Shown one piece after another: positions 22,575 through 32,429 of a stretch of 64,000 nt of DNA. The DNA is from Trypanosoma brucei (taxonomy: Eukaryota), in NCBI GenBank assembly GCA_000002445.1, contig CH464491.1, positions 2,944,001-3,008,000 on the forward strand, given 5' to 3'. Each line of letters begins with the position of its first letter. Position 1 is the first letter of the stretch. The notes under the pieces were generated by a model. The model made no database searches. It was given only the letters and a program-made list of their open reading frames with translations, and was not told where the DNA came from. The translations under genes and the position numbers were made by a program.

Positions 22575-24071
22575 ATGAACTCTGAAGAATGCACGAAGCG
22601 TCGAATTGGCATGAATTTTCCCCCGGTGAAGGATCGCGACGACGTTCTCAAAGCACAGAAGGGGGCTGTCACGCAGGAGCAAATTCGTGACGGCATGCAG
22701 GATGACACCCCTCCTGTGGTCCGCAGTGTTTTGGAATTGGCGCATCTGATGATGAGTGGGCACAGTCAGAAGCTGCGTGCGGCGCCAGGGTACCAAGGAG
22801 GTCTATTTTATTCCGGAAGCCCTTTCTGTTTCGCCAGTGGTTACCGCGACGGAACTCGGCCGCGCGACATGGATGAAAAAGGTAATCACATGAAACTGAA
22901 GGATCCCCTCACGTATGGTGTTCTTTCACTGCCTATTACGGCGGCGTACCTCTGCGAGTTACACGGCACCGGTGTGTTTGACTTGCACCAGCCCCTACGA
23001 CACTATTTGCCTGAGCTTGAACACAAACTCGACGCTGAAGTAACGGCGAGGAGCATTCTCTCCTTTAGAACTGTTCTTAATGAGCAGCAAATAATGAAAG
23101 ACGCGGGAGTTGACAGGGTGCGGCCCCACGTTACACGGAACATCTGCGCTGCAACGCAGCGCTATGTGTACATGCCAATAAACTGCTTTTTTGCAGGGGG
23201 GTCATCTGCGGCGCTCAGCGGGCAGGAGCAACGTGAAAATTTTGTACAGTACTTGCGCTCGTCACCTGCCTGCACGTTTAAGAAGGTCACTACTCATCGA
23301 GCTTACCGTTGTGGCGTGTCCCATTTCTCTGTAGCCCTACTCGTGGCAGCCGTTGAGCGGCAACTGGGCGGGATCAGCTTTGAAGCCTCAATCCGGAAAG
23401 TAGTTTTCGAACCGGCTCAGAGCCACGGTGCGGGGTACGGGCCACCCAAGCTTTGGCGTGACCCCAATGAAATATTCTACCAGCCGAGTGGTCTTGCACT
23501 GCAGCATCAGGGCTTTGTCAAACCGCTCGCTGCGGGTTCACTCGACAACTGTGGGCCGCCACTTTTGAACTCATCACTGAACCTTCACGCCCCCGTAGAG
23601 GATTACGGTAAATTACTCCTCCTATCTCTTGATGCTATTAGGCACGCGCGAAAGGAATTGGGTGAATTCGACTCTAACTCGGGGGCTATACCTTCGTACC
23701 CACATTACGACTTTGGCGTTGAGTGGTTGGACACTGGACGCAGACTTCAACTCACCCGACGAGTTTTGGGTATTGATTATATACCAACTGCATCGTCGTT
23801 CCGCTACAACTGCGAACACGACTTGGGTTGTTTTGGTATATGTAACTGTGGCACACGCGATGCATGTCTTCTTGGAAACACCATCTCGCGCGTCATCCAG
23901 CATCTTTTTGTAAAACACATCATTGAAAAGGGTGTCAACCCGATGAAGGGACCAAACCTCGACAACCCCAACGAAGGGGAAAGTGAAACGGAGCTGAAGT
24001 TCCGGAAGGTAGTAGACGAGCAGAAGTACACAAGTGTCTTCAAGAAACACGATGCGCATACACGATTTTAA
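22575..24071 (+). CDS. Beta-lactamase/serine-hydrolase-like protein (PF00144-like fold) with degenerate S-x-x-K motif
   Basis: The region PGYQGGLFYSGSPFCFASGY...MKLKDPLTYGVLSLPITAAYLCELHGTGVFDLHQPLRHYLPEL matches the class-C beta-lactamase/EstB N-terminal pattern (...iaSvtKtfTaaa..L.e.G.l.Ld.pv..yLPe). At the motif position the sequence reads SLPI, so the catalytic Lys is absent. This rests on unaided pattern recognition. Confidence 0.45.
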   Translation: MNSEECTKRRIGMNFPPVKDRDDVLKAQKGAVTQEQIRDGMQDDTPPVVRSVLELAHLMMSGHSQKLRAAPGYQGGLFYSGSPFCFASGYRDGTRPRDMDEKGNHMKLKDPLTYGVLSLPITAAYLCELHGTGVFDLHQPLRHYLPELEHKLDAEVTARSILSFRTVLNEQQIMKDAGVDRVRPHVTRNICAATQRYVYMPINCFFAGGSSAALSGQEQRENFVQYLRSSPACTFKKVTTHRAYRCGVSHFSVALLVAAVERQLGGISFEASIRKVVFEPAQSHGAGYGPPKLWRDPNEIFYQPSGLALQHQGFVKPLAAGSLDNCGPPLLNSSLNLHAPVEDYGKLLLLSLDAIRHARKELGEFDSNSGAIPSYPHYDFGVEWLDTGRRLQLTRRVLGIDYIPTASSFRYNCEHDLGCFGICNCGTRDACLLGNTISRVIQHLFVKHIIEKGVNPMKGPNLDNPNEGESETELKFRKVVDEQKYTSVFKKHDAHTRF

Positions 24072-24872
24072 TATTGTTACCCTGATCAGTTATAGGGAGC
24101 AGCGACGAAAGCAGGGGTAACGAGCTCAATTTCATTTTCGTGAGGCCTCTTTCCTCGTATGCCCAAATGAGCAGACACTGAAGAATGGTGTCTATTCCTT
24201 AGTTATAGCGTATCTGGGGGCTATAGTTTACTTTTACTGCGGCTGTGGTGGAACTGACAGCAGCCACGCTTATCCACACTATGCCCTTTTTTTTTCAGCG
24301 TGTAAGATGGAAAGAGATGCAACGGTAACGGATATCTCCACTGCCCTTTATCGTTTCAACATTACGTTTTGTATCCTTTTCTTTGTGTCAACTCCCCCTC
24401 TTTTCTTCCCATCGTTTGTAGCCGCCTTCCCTTTCATCTGAAGCTCTTATTTGAATGTCTGCGCGGAGACGCTGTGTATGACACCGCTCATCTGCAAAGT
24501 GGCGCGTTGCCCCTGAGGTTGTGGTGAGGTGTGCGGAGGTTTCGGGGTACTTGTGTAAGTCTGTATGCAGGTGTTGATACTGTAATCGCAAGGAGCCTGT
24601 GCGGAGCCGGTGGTGGCGGTGTTGAACGCATCAGTGGATGTGTTTCGCTTCTTTAACAGCCATCACAAGAATGGCTCATTGTCCTCTTTGTTACGACGGA
24701 ATGGTTAACCTGGCTGTCACCCCGTAATAATGGAGGTGGGATGTTGTTAACCTTTTGTTTTCACGGTGTCAAATGCTTCACCGTGCTATCGTTCTCAACT
24801 GGTCGTATCTCCTACGAAATTCTTCGCCAAACCACTGTGGTTGTGGCAATCTTCCTTGCACCTCGCGGCGCA

Positions 24873-24899
24873 TGTGTGTGAGTGTGTGTGTGTGTGTGT
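24873..24899. repeat. (TG)n microsatellite
   Basis: tgtgtgtgagtgtgtgtgtgtgtgtg, read directly. Smaller (TG)n runs lie at 11546-11561 and 63471-63490. Confidence 0.8.
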
Positions 24900-25552
24900 T
24901 AGCACTCCACTGAGATGGCATTCGTGCCTGACTATCCGTCTGTTTGCACTGCCACTCGCGTGATTGTCAGCACAGCTTCGGGTTATCATGTGTTTTCTCG
25001 GTAGTGTGCAGTGTCCGAACTGGAGGCTGAAGAAAAAGATCAGCAAGGAACCAACTCTGTTCGGTGGGCGTCTAGTACTTTTTTCTCCTGTCTTAGTATT
25101 TGTTTCCGTTGTCATCACGTATGCTTGCACGTTTTAACCCCACCTTTTTGGTCGTCGTCGCCGTATGTCTGCAGGAAGTATCATTCTACAGCTTGCGGTA
25201 CGAAGAAACAGTTGGGGACACTGACCACTGGTTTAACGTGTAAGCTGGCCCTTTCTCTTTCATCAGTTGTGTTTCGTCAAAAACATTTATTACCCCCACT
25301 TCTTCACGCAACCGTCTTCGTTGCTGTATCTGCTAATATCGTTATTATTATTTTGCGTGAGGGAGTGGGACGTTTCGCTGCCCGTTCCCCCTTTTCCCTT
25401 TCCTACCACACGGAGCGAATGGTCTGTGGAGCGTGTGCACAGAACAATAATTTTAGCGGCGGTCACTTTTCACATAGAAAAATAGGCAACGGAAGAACAA
25501 AGTAAGGCGAAGCGACGGGAGAACGACGAAAAAAAACAAGAGGATAATAGAC

Positions 25553-26353
25553 ATGACGAGGAAAGTGGCCGGTGATATGTGGGACTCACGAGTAGAGGCA
25601 TCACTCCCTGCACTGAACTACCTCCGTACGGCACAACAATTGCAAAAGAAGGCGGACGAGTTAAGTCGCGCACAAGAGAGAGTACATAGGTTGCAAGAGG
25701 ACAACTCAGCACTACTGCTAGAGAATGAACTGCTTAAAAGAGAGCGTGACGCACTCCTTTGCAAAGTACAATTCTTAGAGTTAAACGAACACGGGCACTG
25801 CACAACAAATGATATAGTTGGACCCTGGGGAAATGTGAGATCCGTGCCCGCCGGCGGTCTTGGGAGCACCACAGGCGGTGATCTTTCGCCGGTGTTCAAA
25901 GATAATGTTAATAAAGCAAGTGAAACTCGTGTGAACATAAGTGAACAAGCCAGGACGCACACGAATAGCGAGCAGCAAGACCTTCATAATCCAAAGGAAG
26001 AAACAATATTGTGCCCTCTCTCAGCATCGTCAGAAACGTTAATTAACACCAACCGGCCAGATGCAAACATAGAAACATTCCATCGTAGCACAGAGTCTCA
26101 TGTGGAGTACTGCGCGAATGGTGAGTGTCGGTCACCTATCAGCATGACGAGAACCACACAGACCGTCGCTTACGAGCGTCGTGTTCCCTCTGTTGAGCGC
26201 GGCACCATGACAACAATGAACATTTACATTTGCTCGTACCAATCTTTGCCATCGAAAGCCGGTGCTTTTTTCGAGGTACCACTAAGCAACGTAGAAACGG
26301 CGATTCACCACGACCCCGAAAGTCTCACTAGCATCACAATCCCTCGCAGTTGA
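25553..26353 (+). CDS. Hypothetical protein (266 aa) with N-terminal coiled-coil
   Basis: ATG ORF on the unit strand. A leucine-heptad stretch is present (LQKKADELSRAQERVHRLQEDNSALLLENELLKRERDALL). No domain was recognised. Confidence 0.4.
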   Translation: MTRKVAGDMWDSRVEASLPALNYLRTAQQLQKKADELSRAQERVHRLQEDNSALLLENELLKRERDALLCKVQFLELNEHGHCTTNDIVGPWGNVRSVPAGGLGSTTGGDLSPVFKDNVNKASETRVNISEQARTHTNSEQQDLHNPKEETILCPLSASSETLINTNRPDANIETFHRSTESHVEYCANGECRSPISMTRTTQTVAYERRVPSVERGTMTTMNIYICSYQSLPSKAGAFFEVPLSNVETAIHHDPESLTSITIPRS

Positions 26354-27036
26354 TGAGAATGAGATGAAGAAAGACAAGACGCAAAAACCGTCTCCATATA
26401 ATAAACATAACAGTACCTTCTAGAACATGTGAAGAGAGGGACACGCTACTTCAAGGGGTGCTGCGTTATTGTTTAGCAGACCCAATACCATGACGATAGG
26501 ACATCACGATAACCTTGAAACAAAACTTAACCGACGACCTGTATAACAGCACACAATTAAAATGCAAAAAATAATCGGGACGACTGTCACTGCTGTACAG
26601 TGCGAAACATCACTTAAACAACACCTTTTGCAACCCATAAAGTAGGAACAGAGCAGTAAATGCGAAAGTACCATTAAAACATTACAAAAAACACTTTGGC
26701 AAGCAGATACTCGTTTACCTCGCAGGTTTAACGGGGAAATTTCAAAAGAAAAAAATTCCAGCGGTAAAAAAGGAAAAATAAATAAACACTGAAATCATAA
26801 TAAACCAAAAAAACTGAAAAAATAAAATTATCTCAACGAACAAAAAAGGATTAATTAATAAACACAAATTTTCCTTCGAATTGCAATACCTCCCCAGAAA
26901 GGATTGCGTACTCCCATACTTGCACTCCTGCTCTTCCTTCCTATTTGCATTTGCCCACGTGCCCCACGCGTGCATCACATAAGCATCAAGGAACAAGCAA
27001 CAGCTATAAAACAAGGAATATCTGCCTCTTTGAAGG

Positions 27037-29021
27037 ATGACATACGAAGGCGCCATTGGTATCGACCTCGGTACGACGTACTCGTGCGTTGGTGTGTGGC
27101 AGAACGAACGTGTGGAAATCATTGCAAATGACCAGGGTAACCGTACGACGCCGTCCTACGTTGCCTTCACGGACTCTGAGCGCCTGATCGGCGATGCGGC
27201 GAAGAACCAGGTGGCGATGAACCCTACGAACACGGTGTTCGACGCGAAACGGCTGATCGGACGGAAGTTCTCCGACTCTGTCGTGCAGTCCGACATGAAG
27301 CACTGGCCCTTCAAGGTCGTCACCAAGGGCGACGACAAGCCAGTGATCCAGGTACAGTTCCGCGGTGAGACGAAAACCTTCAATCCTGAGGAGATCAGTT
27401 CCATGGTACTATTGAAGATGAAGGAGGTTGCGGAGTCGTATCTTGGGAAGCAGGTGGCTAAGGCTGTCGTAACAGTGCCTGCATACTTCAACGACTCGCA
27501 GCGCCAGGCAACGAAGGACGCGGGGACGATTGCTGGTCTGGAGGTGCTGCGCATCATCAACGAGCCAACGGCTGCTGCAATTGCCTATGGCCTGGACAAG
27601 GCTGATGAGGGGAAGGAACGCAACGTGCTCATCTTCGATCTTGGTGGTGGCACCTTCGATGTGACATTGCTGACGATTGACGGCGGCATCTTCGAGGTGA
27701 AAGCCACAAATGGTGACACCCACCTTGGTGGAGAAGACTTCGACAATCGCCTTGTGGCTCACTTTACCGAGGAATTCAAGCGCAAGAACAAGGGCAAGGA
27801 TCTCTCATCGAACTTGCGCGCCCTTCGCCGCCTTCGTACGGCTTGTGAGCGCGCCAAGCGCACACTTTCTTCCGCTGCGCAGGCAACCATCGAGATCGAT
27901 GCACTCTTCGAAAACATTGACTTCCAGGCGACCATTACCCGTGCTCGTTTCGAGGAACTGTGCGGTGACCTGTTCCGTGGTACATTGCAACCCGTAGAGC
28001 GTGTGCTGCAGGATGCCAAGATGGACAAACGCGCCGTGCACGATGTGGTCCTGGTTGGTGGTTCCACCCGTATCCCCAAGGTGATGCAGCTTGTGTCTGA
28101 CTTTTTCGGTGGCAAGGAGCTTAACAAGAGCATCAACCCCGACGAGGCAGTGGCCTACGGCGCTGCTGTACAAGCTTTCATCTTGACCGGTGGTAAGAGC
28201 AAGCAAACGGAAGGTCTCCTCCTTCTGGATGTCGCCCCGCTTACGCTCGGCATCGAGACGGCAGGTGGCGTGATGACGGCACTGATCAAGCGCAACACGA
28301 CGATCCCCACCAAAAAGAGCCAAATCTTCTCCACATACTCAGACAATCAGCCCGGTGTGCACATTCAGGTCTTTGAGGGTGAGCGTACCATGACGAAGGA
28401 CTGCCATCTCTTGGGCACCTTCGATCTCTCTGGAATCCCCCCGGCACCCCGCGGCGTGCCACAGATAGAAGTGACCTTCGACCTAGACGCTAATGGTATT
28501 CTTAGCGTTTCTGCGGAGGAGAAGGGCACTGGCAAGCGCAACCAGATTGTCATCACAAACGACAAGGGTCGCCTGAGCAAGGCTGATATCGAACGCATGG
28601 TGTCTGATGCTGCGAAGTATGAGGCTGAGGATAAGGCGCAGCGTGAGCGCATTGATGCTAAGAACGGTCTTGAGAACTACGCCTTCTCGATGAAGAACAC
28701 TATCAATGACCCCAACGTTGCTGGCAAGCTTGACGACGCCGACAAGAACGCTGTCACCACTGCCGTGGAGGAGGCACTGCGATGGCTGAACGACAACCAG
28801 GAGGCCAGTTTGGATGAATACAACCACCGCCAGAAGGAGCTCGAAGGCGTGTGTGCTCCCATCTTATCAAAGATGTACCAGGGCATGGGCGGTGGCGACG
28901 CGGCTGGCGGTATGCCCGGAGGTATGCCCGGGGTATGCCCGGTGGTATGCCCGGAGGAATGGGTGGTGGGATGGGAGGCGCTGCGGCATCGTCCGGGCCT
29001 AAAGTCGAGGAGGTTGACTAA
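27037..29021 (+). CDS. HSP70: Canonical cytosolic HSP70 (ends ...[22 protein letters not shown]) with an apparent -1 frameshift inside the GGMP repeat at ~28933
   Basis: Full HSP70 motifs are present ([26 protein letters not shown]). In the annotated frame the GGMP repeat reads ggtatgcccgga ggtatgcccggg gtatgcccggt, so one G is missing. The track ORF therefore reads through to 29109 (...[15 protein letters not shown]...). The +1 frame instead gives [26 protein letters not shown], with the stop at 29019-29021. Confidence 0.85.
28909..28965 (+). repeat. 12-nt GGMP-coding tandem repeat (ggtatgcccgga)n at the HSP70 C-terminus
   Basis: About 4.5 units can be read directly; one unit has lost a G. 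Confidence 0.8.
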
Positions 29022-29140
29022 GTTCCCAGGTGTATTTCGGACCGGTGCTGCAGTCGTCTCATTGTCTACGGTGATGGTCCGCCGCCACATTTTCTCTTCG
29101 TCTCTGTAGCATTTAGGAACCCTCGTTACGGGAAAGATGC

Positions 29141-29275
29141 GTGACACATTGATGCTACTACTATTATTAATACTCTACTACTATTATTATTATTTTTATT
29201 TTAGTTCCCCACCACCGTCATTATTATTACCATTATTATTATCAATATTACCATTATTGTTTTTAATGTAATCAT
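29141..29275 (+). repeat. AT-rich triplet microsatellite block (tactattatt / cattattatt units)
   Basis: ctactattattaatactctactactattattattatttttattttag...cattattattaccattattattatcaatattaccattattg, read directly upstream of the GCP gene. Confidence 0.7.
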
Positions 29276-29328
29276 ATATGTATATATTCTTTAGTTGTTT
29301 TATTTTTTTATTCTTTATTTTTTTTAGT

Positions 29329-31677
29329 ATGTCTGACGGGGTGCAGTATTCAAAAGACGTTTTTCCTGCTCCTAAGTGGCACAGGGCGGAGGGTGATAGC
29401 GCTGCTAATAGGGAATGTGTGCAGCGTGTTGTTCCTTTTAAAGCTGTTTCTGCGGGGGAGAACGTTGATTCACTGACATGTGTTGGTGGTAGGCTTCCCT
29501 CTGTGGATTCTCTTTCCTCTCCTTTGGAGGGTGGGGAAATTGTGGGTAATGTTGATGATAAGTTAAAGCACTCTCATGTTTCTGTCGTTGATGATCGTCA
29601 ACCAGTGAGTTCTGTGACCGGAAGGAGAGGGAATAGTTTCGAACTTCCTGGCAGATTAATTGGTCGCAGGGATGGTAGTGGTGGTGTCGTTGGCAGTGGG
29701 AGGTTTGAAATTACTCCGTTGAAGCCATCGTCAACGATATCTGGAATCACACCTCGTCATTTTGACGTGCTGCATCCTTTGGAAGATAGCGCTGACCGTG
29801 GTAAGCATGATTTTGTAGGTGGTGTGTTGAATGCGGCGAATGATGCCGGAGGTGCGAAGGCCATTGAGGAGTTGGAGTTTATATCGGATATGTTGTTTAT
29901 GTGGATGGGTGTTGATAAAACGAAATATTTTGCGTATGATAACGCATGTTGTCGTTATGAAATGAACTCTGGATATGGTACCGTTCGTCAGAGGCAGGCT
30001 TTTTCTGCTTTTCAAGAGTGTGGTTGTCTGGCACATCAAATAGATGACGCTTTGAGGGGCGGTACGTCGGAAAGGTCGTTCTTGCAGCAAAGCCTTCGTG
30101 GAGCTGTTCGTCGGCACCTCTCACAGTACCACACTCTTGTAGCGTCTTTTCGCGGGCGGCAGACGCCGCCAATGGCATTTGGTGATTTGGTGGTTGCGTT
30201 CAAAAGAGTACAACCGAAACTTCGGGTTTTGCACACAATGCTGAAGGAAACAGAAAACGTGAAGGGTGGCGAACTGGCGTCTAAACTTCAACGTCTGGTA
30301 CAGCAGGGGTCAAGAAGACTATGCGCACTGCTGTCTGATGTGTATATGGAGGCTGTGAGTCCTCTCCTTCATATGACGGTGTCAAGCATTATAAAAGGTG
30401 ATGTCTCAGATCCATTTAACGAGTTCTTTGTGAAGTCCGATCCCAGAGTTGAAGATACGTCAGACACGTTTTGGTCTTCTAAGTTTTCCCTTCTGCCAGA
30501 TATGTTACCAACGACGGTGTCGTATTCGCTGGCGGAGCGGATCAGGCTTGTGGCTAAGAACGTCAGTTTCATTCGAAACTGTTGCAGGTGCAAGCAATGG
30601 CACATGGACCCCTCCATTGTTGCAGCCGCTCAAAGTGCAACATTTGATACGCTGGACAGTGTGGTTCGTGATGCCATGAGGTTCACCAATACTGCAGTGC
30701 TCCGACTGATTAGGGAGGAGTTCCACCTTGACAATGTTCTGCGTATGGTAAATGCCTTTCTTCTAGTCGGAAACGGAGACTTTTACGAGGTCCTTATACA
30801 CAAATTGGATCCCGTGCTTGGTAGGATGAGTCACATGGTGCAAACTTCACTGGTGCGCGACCACATGCAAAGCGCCTTGCTTGACATAACTCCGCACACG
30901 AAAAATTTGGATACGGATCTTTTCACGATGCTCCACTGCGAGATAGTTAAGGACGATAAAATCATTGGTTGGGATGCATTTGTTGTCACAATGTCGGTGC
31001 CCTCGCCACTCAACAATATCTTCGATGCCAGTGCCATGAAGGTTTACCGGCGCCTGTTTCGCATGATGTTCAAGGTGAAGCGGGCAGAAGTTGCTCTAAA
31101 AAACTCATGGAGGCAGAGCGTTGTTTTAGATAGGATCATAGGAGGGCTGCACAACGCGAAGCGGGAGACAACTGCGTGGCGGGAAGTGGCTGCTGATGCG
31201 CACCTGCTTGGTCTGCAGCTAAACCACTTTGTGAACAACTTATGGTCTTACCTTGTCGCAGAGGTTTCAACCGTTTCATGGGATCTGCTTATGCGAGCTC
31301 TTCGCCAGTGCAACTCCATGGATGACATCCGCGCAGCGCACATATCCTATCTGCAGTACCTCACCCTTCACTCCCTTTTGCACGGAGACTGTACTTCCAT
31401 TCGGCAAAATATCGAAAGCGTTCTCAGCGTAGTCCGACAATTCGTTGGAGCCCAGGCAGTACTGACTTCACTGCTGGAGCGCGGTCACGGTGACGTGTTT
31501 TCCATTAAGAACGAATACCAGAGGCTGGCTGACGACTTCCAACGTGAGATTTCCTCTCTATTAACCACGCTGGAAGAGCAGCATTTGCAGTTCGACTTTC
31601 TTAACTTCCTTCTTCTGCGTCTCAACTTCAACCACTTCTATCACGATAATGCATTCGGCGACAACACAGAGTTTTGA
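29329..31677 (+). CDS. Gamma-tubulin complex component (GCP/Spc97-Spc98 family)
   Basis: The start was moved to the ATG at 29329 (MSDGVQYS...), after a T-rich tract. The upstream track ATG at 29278 translates poly-T. Grip-motif-like segments are FLLVGNGDFYEVLIHKLDPVL, LFRMMFKVKRAEVALKNSW, HFVNNLWSYLVAEVSTVSWDLL and MDDIRAAHISYLQYLTLHSLLHGD. Confidence 0.65.
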   Translation: MSDGVQYSKDVFPAPKWHRAEGDSAANRECVQRVVPFKAVSAGENVDSLTCVGGRLPSVDSLSSPLEGGEIVGNVDDKLKHSHVSVVDDRQPVSSVTGRRGNSFELPGRLIGRRDGSGGVVGSGRFEITPLKPSSTISGITPRHFDVLHPLEDSADRGKHDFVGGVLNAANDAGGAKAIEELEFISDMLFMWMGVDKTKYFAYDNACCRYEMNSGYGTVRQRQAFSAFQECGCLAHQIDDALRGGTSERSFLQQSLRGAVRRHLSQYHTLVASFRGRQTPPMAFGDLVVAFKRVQPKLRVLHTMLKETENVKGGELASKLQRLVQQGSRRLCALLSDVYMEAVSPLLHMTVSSIIKGDVSDPFNEFFVKSDPRVEDTSDTFWSSKFSLLPDMLPTTVSYSLAERIRLVAKNVSFIRNCCRCKQWHMDPSIVAAAQSATFDTLDSVVRDAMRFTNTAVLRLIREEFHLDNVLRMVNAFLLVGNGDFYEVLIHKLDPVLGRMSHMVQTSLVRDHMQSALLDITPHTKNLDTDLFTMLHCEIVKDDKIIGWDAFVVTMSVPSPLNNIFDASAMKVYRRLFRMMFKVKRAEVALKNSWRQSVVLDRIIGGLHNAKRETTAWREVAADAHLLGLQLNHFVNNLWSYLVAEVSTVSWDLLMRALRQCNSMDDIRAAHISYLQYLTLHSLLHGDCTSIRQNIESVLSVVRQFVGAQAVLTSLLERGHGDVFSIKNEYQRLADDFQREISSLLTTLEEQHLQFDFLNFLLLRLNFNHFYHDNAFGDNTEF

Positions 31678-32429
31678 GAGTGAGGAGTATGCATACCTTT
31701 ATGCATGCATGAAGTAGGCTGAGCTTTTTCATCTCTATTTCTACCCTTGACCTGGTTCTCCAGTTCCAGAGTGATAACAGTCGTAACGAGGCTGGTAGAG
31801 GTGGAACACGAACCGACGTATAGATGTTTACCCGTTCCCACATAACGGGGGCGTTCGGTTGCTCAAGTTTAACATATTTCCTTTTTGCTGTCGTTTTATT
31901 TCCTTTCTTGGTAAGGAACTTTCGAGAGTGTGATGTCGGGAAAAGAGGGATAGAAAGGAAGTTTTTCTTGGGTGACACGCGCATGCTGTGTACGCGTAAC
32001 TGCGCGTGTTGTGAAGCAAATTCTGTTGAACGTTCCGGTACGTACTACTGAAGGAGTGGTTGGGAGCGGTGTGTTTGTTCGTCTGTGCGTTGTTGCCGCT
32101 GACCGCTGTTTTACACCGGCATAGAAGGTATGCATACATATTTCATAAAAGCAGATTAAACGCGATCACCTTCGTATGCGGGTGGCAAGAGTGTGTAGGT
32201 GCAATCCAAGGGGGAGTAGAGATGACGACAGCTGATAAGGAAAACTGCGTGTGTGCTGTTGTGGACCGAAGCGCTTCGGTCTGCATCATGGATGAATGCG
32301 TTGCCTCCTCTTTTTCTCCTAGATCTGTCGCGCACTACAGGAAGCGTAGGAAGAGGAAGCAATAGTTTTTTTTTTTTTTTGCATATTTGCGTAGGTAACA
32401 GCAACCCAGAAAGTGATTTAGGGTTATGA

